The notes under the pieces were generated by a model. It was given only the letters and a program-made list of their open reading frames with translations, ran no database searches and was not told where the DNA came from. 64,000 nucleotides of DNA from Lama glama (lineage: Eukaryota): NCBI GenBank assembly GCA_028534125.1, contig CM052816.1, positions 94,986,001-95,050,000 of the forward strand, in the 5' to 3' direction. The translations under genes and the position numbers were made by a program. Within the stretch, counting starts at the first letter, position 1, and each line of letters opens with the position of its first letter. Below are positions 24,840 to 39,700 of this stretch, one piece after another.

Positions 24840-27650
24840 GAATTCAGGAATCTGACCCCCCGCACAGACTGCAGTCTCACTGGCCCAATCTGTCCAATGT
24901 AACTACTTTGAAACTTGAGTCGAATGAAGGCTTGCAACTGTCAAGGGACAGCTTGGATGGTACATTATGGTTAATTTTGGTCATTTTCAGCTCTTAGCAC
25001 AGTAGCAGCTACCCATTCCTCACTCCCAGCCCCTTGGCAGGCAGCTAAACATGTGCTCACCAAGCAGCTTGTATGCAGCTGGTGGGAACCAGGGTGGGCA
25101 GTAAGGACTCTGTCTTCCAAATGTTGGGGCTCTGTGTTCAGATTGCTGCTACTGATCGTGGAGGCAGTCACTGTTCACACACTCCTACTTGAAAACCCCT
25201 CACCCTTCAGCTGAAGTGACTTCCAGGGAAGTTAAAGGATTGGTGTCCTTCACTCCCCTTTCGTTGTTCTCTTTTCCCCCTTTTGGGAGCCAGACCTTAA
25301 AGACGAGGACATTCAAAAGTAAATGCATACATGGGGAAATTTAGAAAATGACCATGCATGCTCAGGGAAAGGCATGGGTTTCAGAAAAGACCTGAAGAGA
25401 CCTTAAGTTTTCACCTTAGCACACAGACATCCTCTGACAATTAAAAACAAAAACTAGCAAACCCAGGCAAGGAGAGGGGGAAGAATTTGATTTCCAGGGT
25501 TACTCCATTGTTAGATGTCAATGTTCAGTTTTCAACAACAACAAAATCACTGTGGATACAAAGAAATAGGGAAGTGTTGCCCATCCAGAGGAGAAAAATA
25601 AACCAGCAGGAACTGTCCCTGAGAAAGACCAAAGGGCAGAACTGATGCCATTTGGAAAGATGCTCCGAGAACTCAAAGAAGACATGGAGAAAGTTAAGCA
25701 AATAAATGTGTGAATAAAATGGAAATATCATTAAAGAGATAAGAAACTTAAAAGAAAACAAAACAGAAATTCTAGAGCTGAAAATTTTGATAATTGAAAT
25801 GAAAAATTCGCTAATGGATTTCAGGGAAGATTTGAGCAGGCAGAAGAATCAGTGAAGTTGAAAATAGGGCAATTAAAATGATCACGTCCAAGGGATAGAA
25901 AGGAAACAAATTAAAGAAAAATGAACAGAGCCTAAGGAATCTGTGCGTCATTATCAGGCAAACTGCATACTTGAAGTCCCAGAAGAAAGAAAGGGACAGA
26001 GATTATTTGAAGACATAATGCCTGAAGACTTCCCAAATTTAATGAAAAACATGAGTATAAATATTCAAGAAGCTCAACAGATTCTGAGTAGGATAAATCA
26101 AAGAGACCCACACTGAGACAAACTGTCCAAAGACAGGTAGAGTGAACTTTGAAAGCAGCAGAAGAGAAGTGACTCATCAAATACAAGGGATCCTCAATGA
26201 GATAGAAGCAGATTTCTCATCAGAAACTTTGGAAGCCAGAAAGCAATGGGCTATCTTTTCAAAGCGCTAAAAGAGAAAAACTGTCAACCAAGAATCCTGT
26301 ATTTGGCCAAACTGTCTTTCAAAACAAAGGAGAAATCAAGACATCCCCAGGAAAATGAACGCTGGGGGAGTTTAGCATCACTAGACCTGCCCCGCAAGTA
26401 AAGGTAATCTTGCAATTTGAAATAAAGGACAGTAACCAGAAGTCATATTAAAGAAATAGAGATCTCAGTGAAGGTAAATGTATGGTAATTATAAAAGCTA
26501 GTATTATTGCAACCACAGTTTGTGATTCTCCTTTTTTTTAAACAAGATTCAAGAGAATAATGCCTTTGTAAAAAATTATTAGTCTAAAAGCTAGTATTAT
26601 TGTACCTTTGGCTTAAAACTCCATATTTTCTGTTCTATATACTTTAAGAGACCAATGCATTAAAAAATTATTATTTTATCTTTTTTGAACACAACATACA
26701 AAGATGTAATTTTGTGACATCCATAATTTAAAAGGGTGGGGGTAGAGCTATGAATGAACAGAGTTCTTTGTATGTTATTGAAGTTAAGCTGGTGTAAATT
26801 TAAATTGCAGTGTCATAACTTTAGGATATTAAATGTAATCCACATGGCAACCACAAAGAAAATAGTTACAAAATACACACAAAAGGAGATGAGAAGGGAG
26901 TTGAAACATTTCACTTAAAAAAAATCAAACACGAAAGAGACAGTAATGTAGGAAATGAGGGGCAAAAAATGTTACAAGGCATTTAGAAAACAAATAGCAA
27001 AACAACACAAGTAACTCCTCCTTAAAATAATTATTTTCAATATAAAGGGATTAAGCTCTCCAATCAAAAGTCAGAGGTTGGCAGAATGAAAAAAAAAAAA
27101 CACAATCCAACTATATGCTGCCTACAAGAGACTCACTTTAGATCCAAAGACATGTAGATTGAAAAAGAAAGGATATTGTACCCCTCTGTTCATAGAATAA
27201 CTAGATATTCACAATGACTAAAGTGAAGAAGCAACCCAAGTGCCCACCGGTAGATGAATGGATGTGCATACAATGGGATGTCATTCAGACTTAAAAAGCA
27301 AGGAAATTCTGGTATTTTCTACAGTATGGATGAAACGTGAAGACATTATGCTAAGCAAAATAAAGACATACACTATATGATTCCACTTGTATGGAGTTGG
27401 GTAGAGTAGTCAAAATCATAGAGATGGAAAGTAGAATGTTGGTTGTAGGGGGCTGGAGGGACGGGGAGTTATTTAATGGTTTAAAAGAGTTTCAGTTTTG
27501 CAAGAGGAAAAGAGTTCTGGAGCTACACGGTGGTGATGGTTGCACAACAGTATGAGTTTACTTAATATCCCTGAACTGCCCACTTTAAATGGATAAGATG
27601 GTGAATTTCTACTATGAGTTTTTTTAAGACCATAAAAAAAAAGGAAAAAA
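24840..27650 (+). mobile_element. Old L1 (L1MB-like 3' end): 5'UTR remnant, decayed ORF1, start of ORF2, large internal deletion, 3'UTR
   Basis: ORF1 motifs (gaaattctagagctgaaaa, gatttctcatcagaaac, ctgtcaaccaagaatcct), ORF2 start motif (tatatgctgcctacaagagactcacttt), then immediately 3' motifs (gcaacccaagtgccc, gagtttcagttttgcaaga) and an A-tail near 27632-27650. Confidence 0.85.
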
Positions 27651-30600
27651 TTAATTTAGAGCATCTTAGCGAAAACTCAGAGGTCAGTTTTAACAGCTCC
27701 AGAAACAGGGAAGCCAAGAAGGTACCAAGGCCTCACAGATGAAGGAGGCACAATGTTCCTCATGCAGGGCTGTTCTCCATTCCAGCTGACACTTTTTTTT
27801 AAAATATCTCTTCTCTAAAGCTGGGTTGAGAGATTTGAGTTTGCCATGTTGCATCGCAAAGGCCAGCTATACAGAGGACGGTATCAGTGATTCAGAGTGA
27901 TGTAACATCAGCATGGGAAGGGACTCAGGAGCACACAGGTGGTTAGACCAGAAAACCGCCACTCAATATTGCTGCCACCAATGGGGGAACCAAGTGGCGG
28001 CACACAAATCAATACCAGAAATAGGCTTAGTCCTGAAATAGAAATAGGAACAGATATAAACAAGCAACACAGAAACAGGCGTAGTCTGCAAGAGTCAAGC
28101 TGCCACCCGAGCGCAGGCATCCCACAAGAACTCTACAAGGAGACCCCTTCTGGGGCAGCACAGTTTGTTAGCTCTCCTGAGTCTGTCCACACACCTTCCT
28201 GTGCCCAACTCTAAATGTAAAGACTCCCAAAAAGAAACATAAATAGAAAATCGTTTTTACGTGCAGTTTACAAACACACAGGGGAGGAATGGTAGCAAAG
28301 TCACAAAGTTACAGTTGGTCTGTATTGATAGAAACAGTAGGGGTTTTTAATGCAATATCTCCAGTAGTTATATCAGAATTGCGAAAGTCAGAGGTAAAAT
28401 TGTTTTGCTTATAGACTAAGTAACTTAGAAGAAGTGGTCCAAGGATTCATTCCCATTGAGAATTTGAGCGAGACAGGGTGACCTTTTTGGTTGGTAGTGG
28501 CGGCGGAGCTGTTGTTTGTTTTGTTTTCATCTCAGGGAGCATTGTGCTTTTCTGTTGTAGCACAGGATGCAGTGAGAATGGATAATGGGAAAAATACCTA
28601 TTCCAGATGGAGGCAGGGCAAGGCAGTCACTTTGTTTTCACAAATCAAAGTGTCTTTTGAACCCGATGACGTGCTTGTTGTCTCCCATGAGATTTTTGCA
28701 GTGTGATTCTCCCATCTAATGTTTACTAATTATGCATGTTTTTCTTTGTGTGGAAAAGGAAAATAGAAATCCAACATGTCCATTATTATTAAACCTTTAG
28801 GATTCACTTGGTTTTCACTACCCACCTCATTGTCCCAGCTAGAAATTTCGGAATCCTCTTTCCAGCGTTTCACTGGACTCCAAGCCTTGTCTGAGATTCC
28901 CCATCATGGCTGCTCTCCTGCCTCCGGTCCCCTCATGGCCAACTCTTTGCAGTCATGAGTCCTTGTTTTTGTCCTGAAATATTAGTCACCCCGCTAGGTG
29001 GTATCACCAGCAGGAGTCACTCTATGGCTTTTGGTCTGTGTCAGATCAGTTACTTTGTTTTTAAACCAAGTTAAATCCAGAGGAAGAGGGAGTGGTCCCC
29101 GGTCTGCAGTGGTCGGTGGTGCCATTGCCCCTTTCTCAAGCCTCAGCAGTTCGTCCTGTGATGGGAAGCTCTTCAGTGTCATGCCAGGCTCAACCGTCGG
29201 GTGAGACCTGTGCTTTTATGATGTCCTCTGCATCCACGTAGCATTCCAACCCACACCATCACCTCCCAAAGCACCGCCGAGCCCTAGGCACCTTTCATGT
29301 CCCTGTGCCCGTGTATACGACAGTGACTCCTGCTCTTTTCCAGGCTGTGGTGCGCGTGGAAAACGATGGTATTGGTACCACGCCCTGGGGCAAGTCGAAA
29401 AGGCTGCTCTGGGGAAGTGGTGGTTTCTGCCGCCTGGACCCTATGGAGACACCTTGTCTCTCATTCAGGGCTCACGAGTTGGGAAGCTGTGATACTATAT
29501 CTGTCATAATTTTTTTTAAGGAAGATAACAAAATCTTAAAAAAAAAAAAAGCTGCAGCCGAATTATCTCCCTCTCCTTGTTTTGGTCTCAATCTTGACAA
29601 CATCCAAGGTTGCAAAACCAGTCTTCTGTGCTCATTAAGGAGTGGGAGTGCTCCCGTGTGCACGATGATTGAAAGGATTTACTGTTTCCTTCCTCCATCA
29701 CTTCCCTGCTAAAGAAGGACCCACCCGTCTTCTCGCATCAGTGAATTCAAGTGTGTCTGACAGTGGTTTGTGGATTTAATGATTAAGTCGCCAGTGTGCT
29801 GAGCTCAACAAAACGAAACTCTTAGCCAGAGTTGAGTGTGATTTAATGATAAATAGATAAAGCAAGTTGCTCAGAAGACTACTCTTGTACGAAGGATCTC
29901 CAGTCTGTTTTCCATGCTGTCATTGGAAAATAAATATGCTACATTTGGGGGTTTTCAGGCAAAGCATTTTTGTCAGACATTTCTCAGCTGTCATCAAGTG
30001 AATGATGACACTCTTATTGTAGTAATTTAGACATCAGCATTCTTTTTCTGTCCAAGCTAAAATAAGCCTCTTAAACATGGGATAAGAGCAGGTACCAAAA
30101 TTACAAAGGTTATGTTTTCTTTCTTCCTCTCTGGAATCAAGATGCATTGCCTCCGCCCATGGGGCTCCATTTCCGGCCCTCAAGTGTCACGTGCCAGAGA
30201 ATTAGACAGCAAAAGAAGTTATCCTTTAGAGAAGTGTGTGGAAGGAAAATATTTCAAATGGCTTTCAGGAGCTACCTAAATATGTCTACTTGGGGAAGGG
30301 GAGACAAGGAAGGAATTTACCTTTGGACATGTGCCAATTCCACCCGAAACATTTAAGAACAGCCAACTTTGCTACAGGCACTCATTTACCTAGTTCCAGA
30401 AGTAAATTAATGGAACAGCATTGGAATCTGCAGGTGGGATGGATTAATTGTCTTGCAGGGTTATTGGTAACGCTTATGTTGCTTTGCAAAGTAAAGCACT
30501 CCATTACTCCATAAAGATGTCATTGGAAGCACCTCTGTCATTGGGAGTAGCATGATGAATAAGGATAAAGCAAATTAAGGAGACAAATTGTATTTTATTT

Positions 30601-30949
30601 AATTTTTTCCCACAGGAAGTAAAACGTCAAATTAGTAAATGTGATATGATAGGATCATTCAATAGCATCCCCATCAGAGAGACAAGCAGATCATCCAGTT
30701 ACCCCATGTCAGAGGGCCCCTAGTTTTATCTATTATTTGTCAAGCTTTTCTCCCCTCCTTTAACAGTTTCTCTTTGCTTTATAGGGACCAGAATGCAGAT
30801 GTCATATATGCATACATTTTTGTGTTTTGACTTTTATTTGTTAAATAATACACGTCCCAGCATACCTCCATTCAGGGCATTTTTGAGGTGATGTTAGAAT
30901 TACCGTATGTTTTCTTGACTTTGGTGAAGAGCGAGCAGGAGCCTACTTC

Positions 30950-31563
<614 letters not shown>

Positions 31564-34500
31564 TAAGTCAGCCGGTGACAGCGTGTCACATAGAATTGGT
31601 TTTGGTAGAATTGGTTCTAAGTGTGCCCCTGACGTCCCCTGGTTACAGATAACACTGTTGAACACTGCTGGAAAGCCCTTGCATAATCAAGAGAAGGAGA
31701 ATAGCAGATGCTATCATCCCACCGCACAAGGAAAGCTGATTTTACTGATAATTTTGATTTGAGAAATAACTCATGACTTGGTGGCTCCTGTGATGTTGGT
31801 AACATAGACTTGCCAATCCAGCGTCCAGTCTAGTGACGAGGGTGTTCCTCCAGTGTGGGAGAGGCAACCTGGATACATGAAGGTATTTTGTGGCGGTTGT
31901 TCCTCAGTGGTTACAAGTCCAAGTGTTGACGGTGTATCTACATCCTTTTGTTCTGCCCAGCGAGTCATCACACAGGGGGTGTGTGGAGTCAGAGGGACCT
32001 CGGTGCTAACCCAGCACCCTCCCTCACCACCTGTGCGTACGGGACGGATCATTTAACAAGTCACTGTGCCCATGCTTTCCAATCCAAAACTGAGGGAGGG
32101 GCTGTCTTAAAATACTTCCTGGAACAAGTAATAATCAAACCCTGAAGGCTGAATAGAAATTTCGCAGGCAGAGGGAATGATGGGCAGAGAGGAAGGAGGG
32201 CTTTTATGCCAGCGGAATAAAGAGAGATGAGGGTCCTGTCAAAGTAACCGCACCACCACAAAGAGGAATGTCCCAGGTTTGATTGAAGAATCAGTGCTAT
32301 CTTAACTGTATGCAACCCGAACAAATCTTCACAAGCCAGAGTGTCAGTGTATCAGCGAGCTGTCAATTTCACAAAAACATTCACTAACCTTAATTAAACT
32401 TCGTCTCCTGGAAGTCCCTCAATGTAATCAAATAAGATTAAAAGGGTAAACCTTTTGTTATCAAGGGTCTACTTCTTGACTTTTCATTGTCTGCCCCCCT
32501 CATTCCTTTACATCTAAATGCTAAATAATTTTTCTTTTGTTACTAAAGGCTGTGAGCGATGCACTTTGAGACTTTTTGGAAATACTCTCATTTCATTTAA
32601 TTCAGGGTATTACCATTGCATTACAAAAGGAATCTCAGGGCTTCTTTTTAAGCACCCTGAGACCTCCAAATAGGCTCAATCAACAATTCAGTATTGGGAT
32701 CCGAATACTTTTCTATATCAAGTAGGGAAACCCCATTGGACCCATGTAATAATTGTGCAGTGTAGACTGTTGGCTAGAATTATACCTTATAAAACTGTAC
32801 TTACAATAACATGCTCTTCTACATAGGCAGGAAACCACATAGTTTTCTTATTTATATAGCTTGAGAAGACCTGTTGGAATCTCTAACTGAAATGCTTCCC
32901 TGTTTTGAGCATTAAGAGTTAGTATGTTGATGCTTTTCTTAAGCAAACACACATGCACACACAATGAAACTATAATCCACAAAAACACTCTGGTATATTT
33001 ATCTACAGTCATGAGACGTTCAAAGAATAAAGTATATTCTCTGAGTTGTAAGACTGTAGAGCTTTGGGAGGTGGCTTGGCACATATTAATTCCTTCCAAC
33101 TGTGTGACCATCCCTATTACAGTAAGCATCACAAAATGAGCCTTAAAGAGAAAAGCTGGGTTTTTTTTTTTCAGTCCCATGGTCAAAGAAAATTATTTGG
33201 TTAAACTAATTAAAAACTCACTTGAGAAAACCATCTATGAAATAGTATACATCCACGTTGCCAGTCCAAAACATGGTCCTGTTAAGTCTGTTCCCATTTG
33301 GATTACTGTTAATGGGAAGTTCCTTTCACTACAGATAATCTCATAAAAATCCTTTAAATTGACTGAAAATTTCTTTATGGAATAGTTACTTCTTTCATAC
33401 CATTTTTTTCTTTATCTTTTTTTCCCCAATGTTAACAATCTGGATTTATGTATTTATTAATAAGAAGTATTGAACTGGTTTGAGTCAAGCATCTTCCCAG
33501 ATACAGGTCTCCTGCTTCATCAGTCTCATCCATTCTTTTATGGGGTTTATCGCTTTTCTATATAATGACTAATTTGGGGATCAAAACAAATATTTTATGA
33601 CTGGGGATATCTTCATCTCCCACCTACACTTCAGTGTGATTATTGCTTTTCTTAAAGCACTGCTCTTAAAACAGAATGAATCCAGAAGAATTTCTCTGGA
33701 TCTTAGCACTAAACTCACCGTTTGTCACTCAAATCTGTCATGCTGGTAGCACTGAGAGTCCCATGGCCTTCCAGACATATTAATAAAATAGGAATGCTTT
33801 ATGGAAAATAGAGTTTTCAGAATTGGAGTTGATTCAATCATTGAAAAGGGAGGAGTATCAGTTTGCTCTAGTTACTTTATAAAATGCTTGCAAACTTGCC
33901 TTCCCCCCTCCAAAATTATTCAAACTTTGAATTTGCAATAGCATGAGAAAACACAGATGAAAAAACATGTGTAGCTATGATTCTCCATTTTATGTATTTA
34001 TATGTTTTATTTCTATATACACACAAGCTTAAAGAAGCCATGATAGTGAGTCAGTCTGGCAAGTTGCCAATCACAGTGCGTTTGACCCATATAATTCACT
34101 ATGTCTTGCCAATACAACCATTGGAACTGTTGTTCTGAATCCTGTTGCTGGAATAGCCCTGCTGAACACCCACAGTGAATTGCACCAACTGAAATTCTCA
34201 GCCACCCCCAGTTTGACAACTCTGGTGAAGATCAGACATTGTGTAATCATTCATGACTCATAGAAGTATTATACTTACTAGTTTGAAGTCTTGATAACTT
34301 ATTCTTTTCACATGATTTTAAACACCCATTATGAACATTTTGTCATGTCCATCTATTTCAAAAGTACATTTGTGTTTTTTCAAATTTTAATAGTTATATA
34401 GGAAACAGGGTTGAATGTGTCACCGTATTTTGTCTTAAAACAGAAAAGCCATTAACAATCTCAACTGTTACTTGTCAGTAAGGAATTGTGTTTTGTGGCT

Positions 34501-34960
34501 GAGGTTATAAACACTTGTCACGTTAGAAGCACTCAATTGTTCAAGTCCTTCAATCAAAAGTTACAGTTTTTCAAGTAGACGTTGCATGGGACCGGTCTAG
34601 TGGATGAATCAAAATGAAAGTCTAAGAACAAAGTAATGTTTCTTTGACCTTCATAAGTTTTTATAACACTGTGATGTATTGGCATTTTAACTGAGAGGTT
34701 AAAAGCTGCTATTCATTACACATTCACAGTCTCTCTCTATTTTGTAACTAAGCAAGAAGTACAAAAAAATTACACTGTGTCAGAGGAATTTTTGCATACT
34801 AAATATGTTTCAACTCTATTATCGTTGCTGAATATTAATATATGTTCCTCTAGAGTTGCTTGACTTTTGTCATAGACGTATATCTAGCTAGCAGTGATAA
34901 ACACAGCGAAACATAGCATTTAATCTTTGTTCAGTGTTGATTATATAAGAACAGCATGTG

Positions 34961-36770
34961 AGGATAATCACAGCTGCAAAGGTTCTCCCCAAGGAGCCTC
35001 GGGCTCTCCAGCACCAGGAGGACAAGCCCCCGGATGGGAGAGCCGGAGGCTGTAGGAAACACAGACTCTGCTCTTAAAAGGCTCACGCAAAATCTCACAC
35101 ACTTCGAAACTGAGCACAGAGGCAGTCATTTGAGAAGAGCCTGGGTCAAACCCACTTACTGATCTTGGAGAGCATCTCAGGGAGGCAAGAGGCAACTGAG
35201 AATCCCCCTGAGGGCAGAGATGCTAGCAGCAGCCATTTGGGGGAGCTAGTTCTCCCACAAGGACACTGGAGCTAGCAAGCATGATTTTGGAGTCCTCCCT
35301 TAGTCTATTAGTGCCAGAGGCTTACTTGCCTACCATCCAGTCAGCCCCAGTCCTGGGAGGATCAGCCAGCTGTGCCAGGGCATAGCCCCACCCACCAGCA
35401 GGCCAGCAGCCTCCACACCAGGCAGAGCCTGGCAGCCAGCCAGGCCAGGGACCAGCCCCAGCTACCAACACACCACAGTAGTCAGCCCCACTAGAAAAGA
35501 AGGGCTCACAAAGTGTGTGCCCCTAGAGCATATAGGTCTGGTGTTCAGAGGAAGAGTATGTTGCTGGGCCCCACAGGACATCTCTTACATAAGGCAACTC
35601 CTCCAAGATCAGGAAATGTAACAGACCTACACGATACATGGAAATGAAAACAGAGAAGTAAGCAAAATGAGACGACAGAGGAATATGTTCCAAATAAAAG
35701 AACCAAATAAAACCCCGGAAGAAGAACTAAGTGGAGATAAACAATCTACCCAACAAAAAGTTCAAGATAATGATTGTAAGGATGCTCAGGAGAAGAATGG
35801 ATGAACACAGTGAGACCTTTAACAAACATTAGAAAATATAAAGAAGAAGCAAATACACCTGAAGAATACAGTAACTAAAATAAAAAATACACTAGAAAGA
35901 ATCAACAGTAAATTCGATGATACAGAAGAGTGGATCAGCAAACTGGAAGAAAGGGTAATGGAAATCATCTGAGCTGAAGAGATCAAAGAAATTTTTAAAA
36001 TGAGGATAGTTCAAAATACCTTTGGAACAACATCAAGCATACTAACATTCGCATTGTAGGTTTCCAGAAGGAAAAGAGAGGAGAGAGAACGGGGTGAGGA
36101 ACTTATCTGAAGGAATAATAGCTGAAACTTACCTAGCCTGGGAAAGAAAACAGACATCCTAATCCAGGAAGTCAAGAGAGTCCCAAACAAGATGAACCCC
36201 AAGACGTCCACACTAAGATACACTGTAATTAAAATGGCAAAAATTAAGGATAAAAAGAGAATCTTAAAAGCAGCAGGGGAAAGCAACTAATTAAATGCAA
36301 AAGAATTCCCATTAGACTCTCAGATGACTTTTCAGCAGAAATTTTTCAGGCTAGAAGGGAGTGGCATGATATATTCAAAGCAATGAAAGGGAAAAAACCC
36401 AACAAACCAAGAATACTCTGCCCACCAAAGCTGTCATTCAGATTTGATGGAGAGAGAAAGAGTTTTAAAGCCAAAAGCCAAAAGCCAAAAGCCAAAAGAA
36501 TTCAGCACTACTAAACTGGCTTTATAAGAAATGTCAACAGTACATCTCTAAGTGGAAAAGAAAAGACCACAGCTAGAAATATGAACATTGCCGAAGGAAA
36601 AATCTCACTGATAAAGGCAAATATACAGTAACTGTAGAGATAAACTACTTATAAAGCTAGTAAGAAGGTTAAAAAACAAAGATAGTAAAAATCATAATAA
36701 GTAGTTAAGGGATACACAAAACAAAAAAGATATAAAATACGAAGTCAAAAATACTAAATGTGAAGGAGGG
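34961..36770 (+). mobile_element. L1 module A: partial 5'UTR, decayed ORF1 (~35667-36551) and start of the inter-ORF spacer
   Basis: ATGAGACGACAGAGGAATATGTTCC start, ORF1 motifs (gacttttcagcagaaa, gggagtggcatgatatattcaaag), end ctcTAAgtggaaaag. Confidence 0.85.
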
Positions 36771-39700
36771 AGATAAGGATAGTGGAGTAGGAAGACACTG
36801 AACTCACCTCCACCCATAAACACATTAAAACATCTACATGTGGAACAGCTCTCACTGAAAACAACCTGGAGACAGGCAGAAAGGCTTTTACAACCAACTC
36901 TGTAGAGAAAGATACACACAGAGTCTGATAGGAAGGGAGGAGATGTGATCGGGTCAGGAACTGTCCCCTTAGCAAGGGACACAGAAGAGGAGAGAGATAT
37001 CACAGCCTCAGGGATCCTCTCTGGGGAATGATGGGTTTGAGCCACATATGGGGCACTCCAGGCCTGGGATCTGACACTGGGAAGACAAGTCCCCTTTGCT
37101 GGTTCGAACACTAGTGGGACTTACAGGAGGGCTGTAAGAAACTGAGACTTTGCTTGTTAAGAGCATTGTGTACTCGCAGACTCACTCTGCACCTGGCCAC
37201 AGTCCTGGGCAGGTAATTTTTCTGTCTACCACAAGAATGTTCCAGGGCACTGTGACTACTTTGACCTTTCAAGGGCAATGCAACAACCCTGATACATGGG
37301 GTTTGTATTTAAAAGTGGAAAAAAAAGAAAAACAGCACATGCACAAACTTGCTTACTCCTGGGAACAGCTAGCGGAAACAGCTTGAAAACTGGGGCTCTT
37401 ACTGGTTTCCCAAGGCCACCACAGCCCACACTGGGAACCTGTGCCAGCCCCTCTTGCTCCAGTGCTGCTCTCCACTAGAGTGAAGGTGCCGTTGCCAAGA
37501 AGAGTACACACACTTAGAATGGAGCCAGCTCAGACCTGACCCTGCCTGTGAACAGAGCAAACGCAGCCATTAACAGCATAAACACAGAGGCAACAGATTG
37601 AAAACCATCTGGGGCTATGACCAGCTCATTGGAACTATCACAGAGTGTGCCCCAGCCCATACTGGCCACCTGCTCCAGTCCCTCTTGCTCCAGCACTGCT
37701 CTCCACTAAGGCAGAGGCCACCATTGCCAAAGAGAGTGGGCACACTCAGAGGGAATGGAACTTTTGGGCCTGGGCCCAGTCCCTGATAGGGTGGAAACCA
37801 CCACTGAGCACAGGAGAAGCCCTGGTTCACACCTGGCTCTGGCTCTGATTCTTCCATCTCCAGCCATACCTCCCAACAAGGTGGTAGCTGCCAGCACACC
37901 CCAGGGGAAGAAGTGATCCATGCTCACTTCAGATACAGCTCTCCCACCAAATCCACTGAATACATGCAGATTACATAGGGATGCTCCCACCCAAGACCAG
38001 GAAAGGTAACTGTTTAATCTAATCTCATAGAGACAGAGAAAGCTAAACAAAACGAAGACAGAAGAGTATGTTTCAAGTGAAAGCACAAGAAAAGACCCTT
38101 AAAATACCCTAATGAAAAAGAGATAAATAATTTACCATATAAAGAGTTCAAAGCAATATTAATAAGAATGCTAACTGAACATGGGAAGAGAGTAGATGAA
38201 CACAGCAAGAAATTTAACAAGGAACTAGAAAATATAAAAAATAACCAGTCAGATGTGAGGAAAATAATGACTGAAATGAAAAATATACTGGAAGGAAATA
38301 ACAGTAGACTAGATGATACAGAAGAATGCACAAGTGATCTGGAAGATAGAAAAATGGAAATCACCCAATCAGAACAGCAAAAAGAAGAACAAATTTTTTA
38401 AATGAGGATAGTTTAAGTGACCTGTGAGACAATATCAAGCATACTAACATTTGCATTGCAGGGATCCCAGAAGGAGGAGAGAGATAAAGGGGTAGAAAAT
38501 ATATTTGAAGAAACTATGGCTGAAAACTTCCCAAAGCTGAAGAAAGAAACAAATCCAAATACAGGAATCACAGAGAGTCCCAAACAAGATAAACCCAAAG
38601 GGACCCACACCAAGGCATACCATAGTCAAAGTGGTAAAAGTTAAAAAGAGAATTCTAAAGGCAGCAAGAGAAAAAGAGTCACATACAAGGGAACTCCCAT
38701 AAGGCTATCAGCTGATTTTTCTGCAGAAACTTTGCAGGCCAGAAGGAAGGTAGCATGATATATTTAAAGTACTGAAAGGAAAAACCCTACAACAGAGGAT
38801 ACTCTGCACAGCACAGTTATCATTTAGACAGAAGGAGAGATAAAGAACTTCTCAGACAAGCAAAAGCTAAAAGAGTTCATCAGTACTAAACCTATAATAA
38901 AAGAAATGATAAAGGGTCTTCTCTAAGTGGAAAAGAAGTTGGAATCTATAGGAAAAGGAAAATCCGACTAGGAAAGGCAAATACATAGAAAGGACTGAGG
39001 ATCAACTACTTAAATAAGCCAGTACAATGATTAAAAGACAAAAATTTTGAATTCAACTGTAACTACAATAAACATTTAAGGAACAGTCATGAAAATGTAA
39101 AATATAACATCAAAAGCATCAAACATGGATGAAGGGAGTAAAAAATGTAAATCATTTAGAATGTGTTTGAGCTTAAGTGAATATCAATTTAAAACAAGTA
39201 GATATAATTATAGGTCAACATATATGAAGCACATGGTAACCACTCACCAAAAACCCACAATAAATACACAAGAACTAGACAGAAAGGAATACAAACATAG
39301 TACTGAAGAATATCACTAAACCACAAGAGAAGTGACTACAAGAAGAGTAAAAGAACACAGAAGACCTATAAAAACAACCAGTAAACAAGTAACAATCGGC
39401 AATAAGTACATACCTAACAATAATCACTTTACATGTCAATAGACTGTTCCAATCAAAAGATACAGAGTGGCTGATAGGATTAAAGAAAAAAAATCTTCTA
39501 TATGCTGCCTACAAAAACCTCACGTTAGAGGTAACAGCACACAGAGACAAAGTGAGAGGATGGAAAAGATATTCCTTGCAAATGGAAATGAAAGGAAAGC
39601 TGGGATAGCAATCCTCATATCAGACAAAGTAGACTTTAAAACAATGTCTGTAACAAAAGACAAAGGAGGGCATTATATAAGGATAAAGGGATCAATACAA

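Noticed and set aside
36467..36498. (AAAAGCC)n run in L1 ORF1-A
   Set aside because: Small slippage expansion in a dead element.
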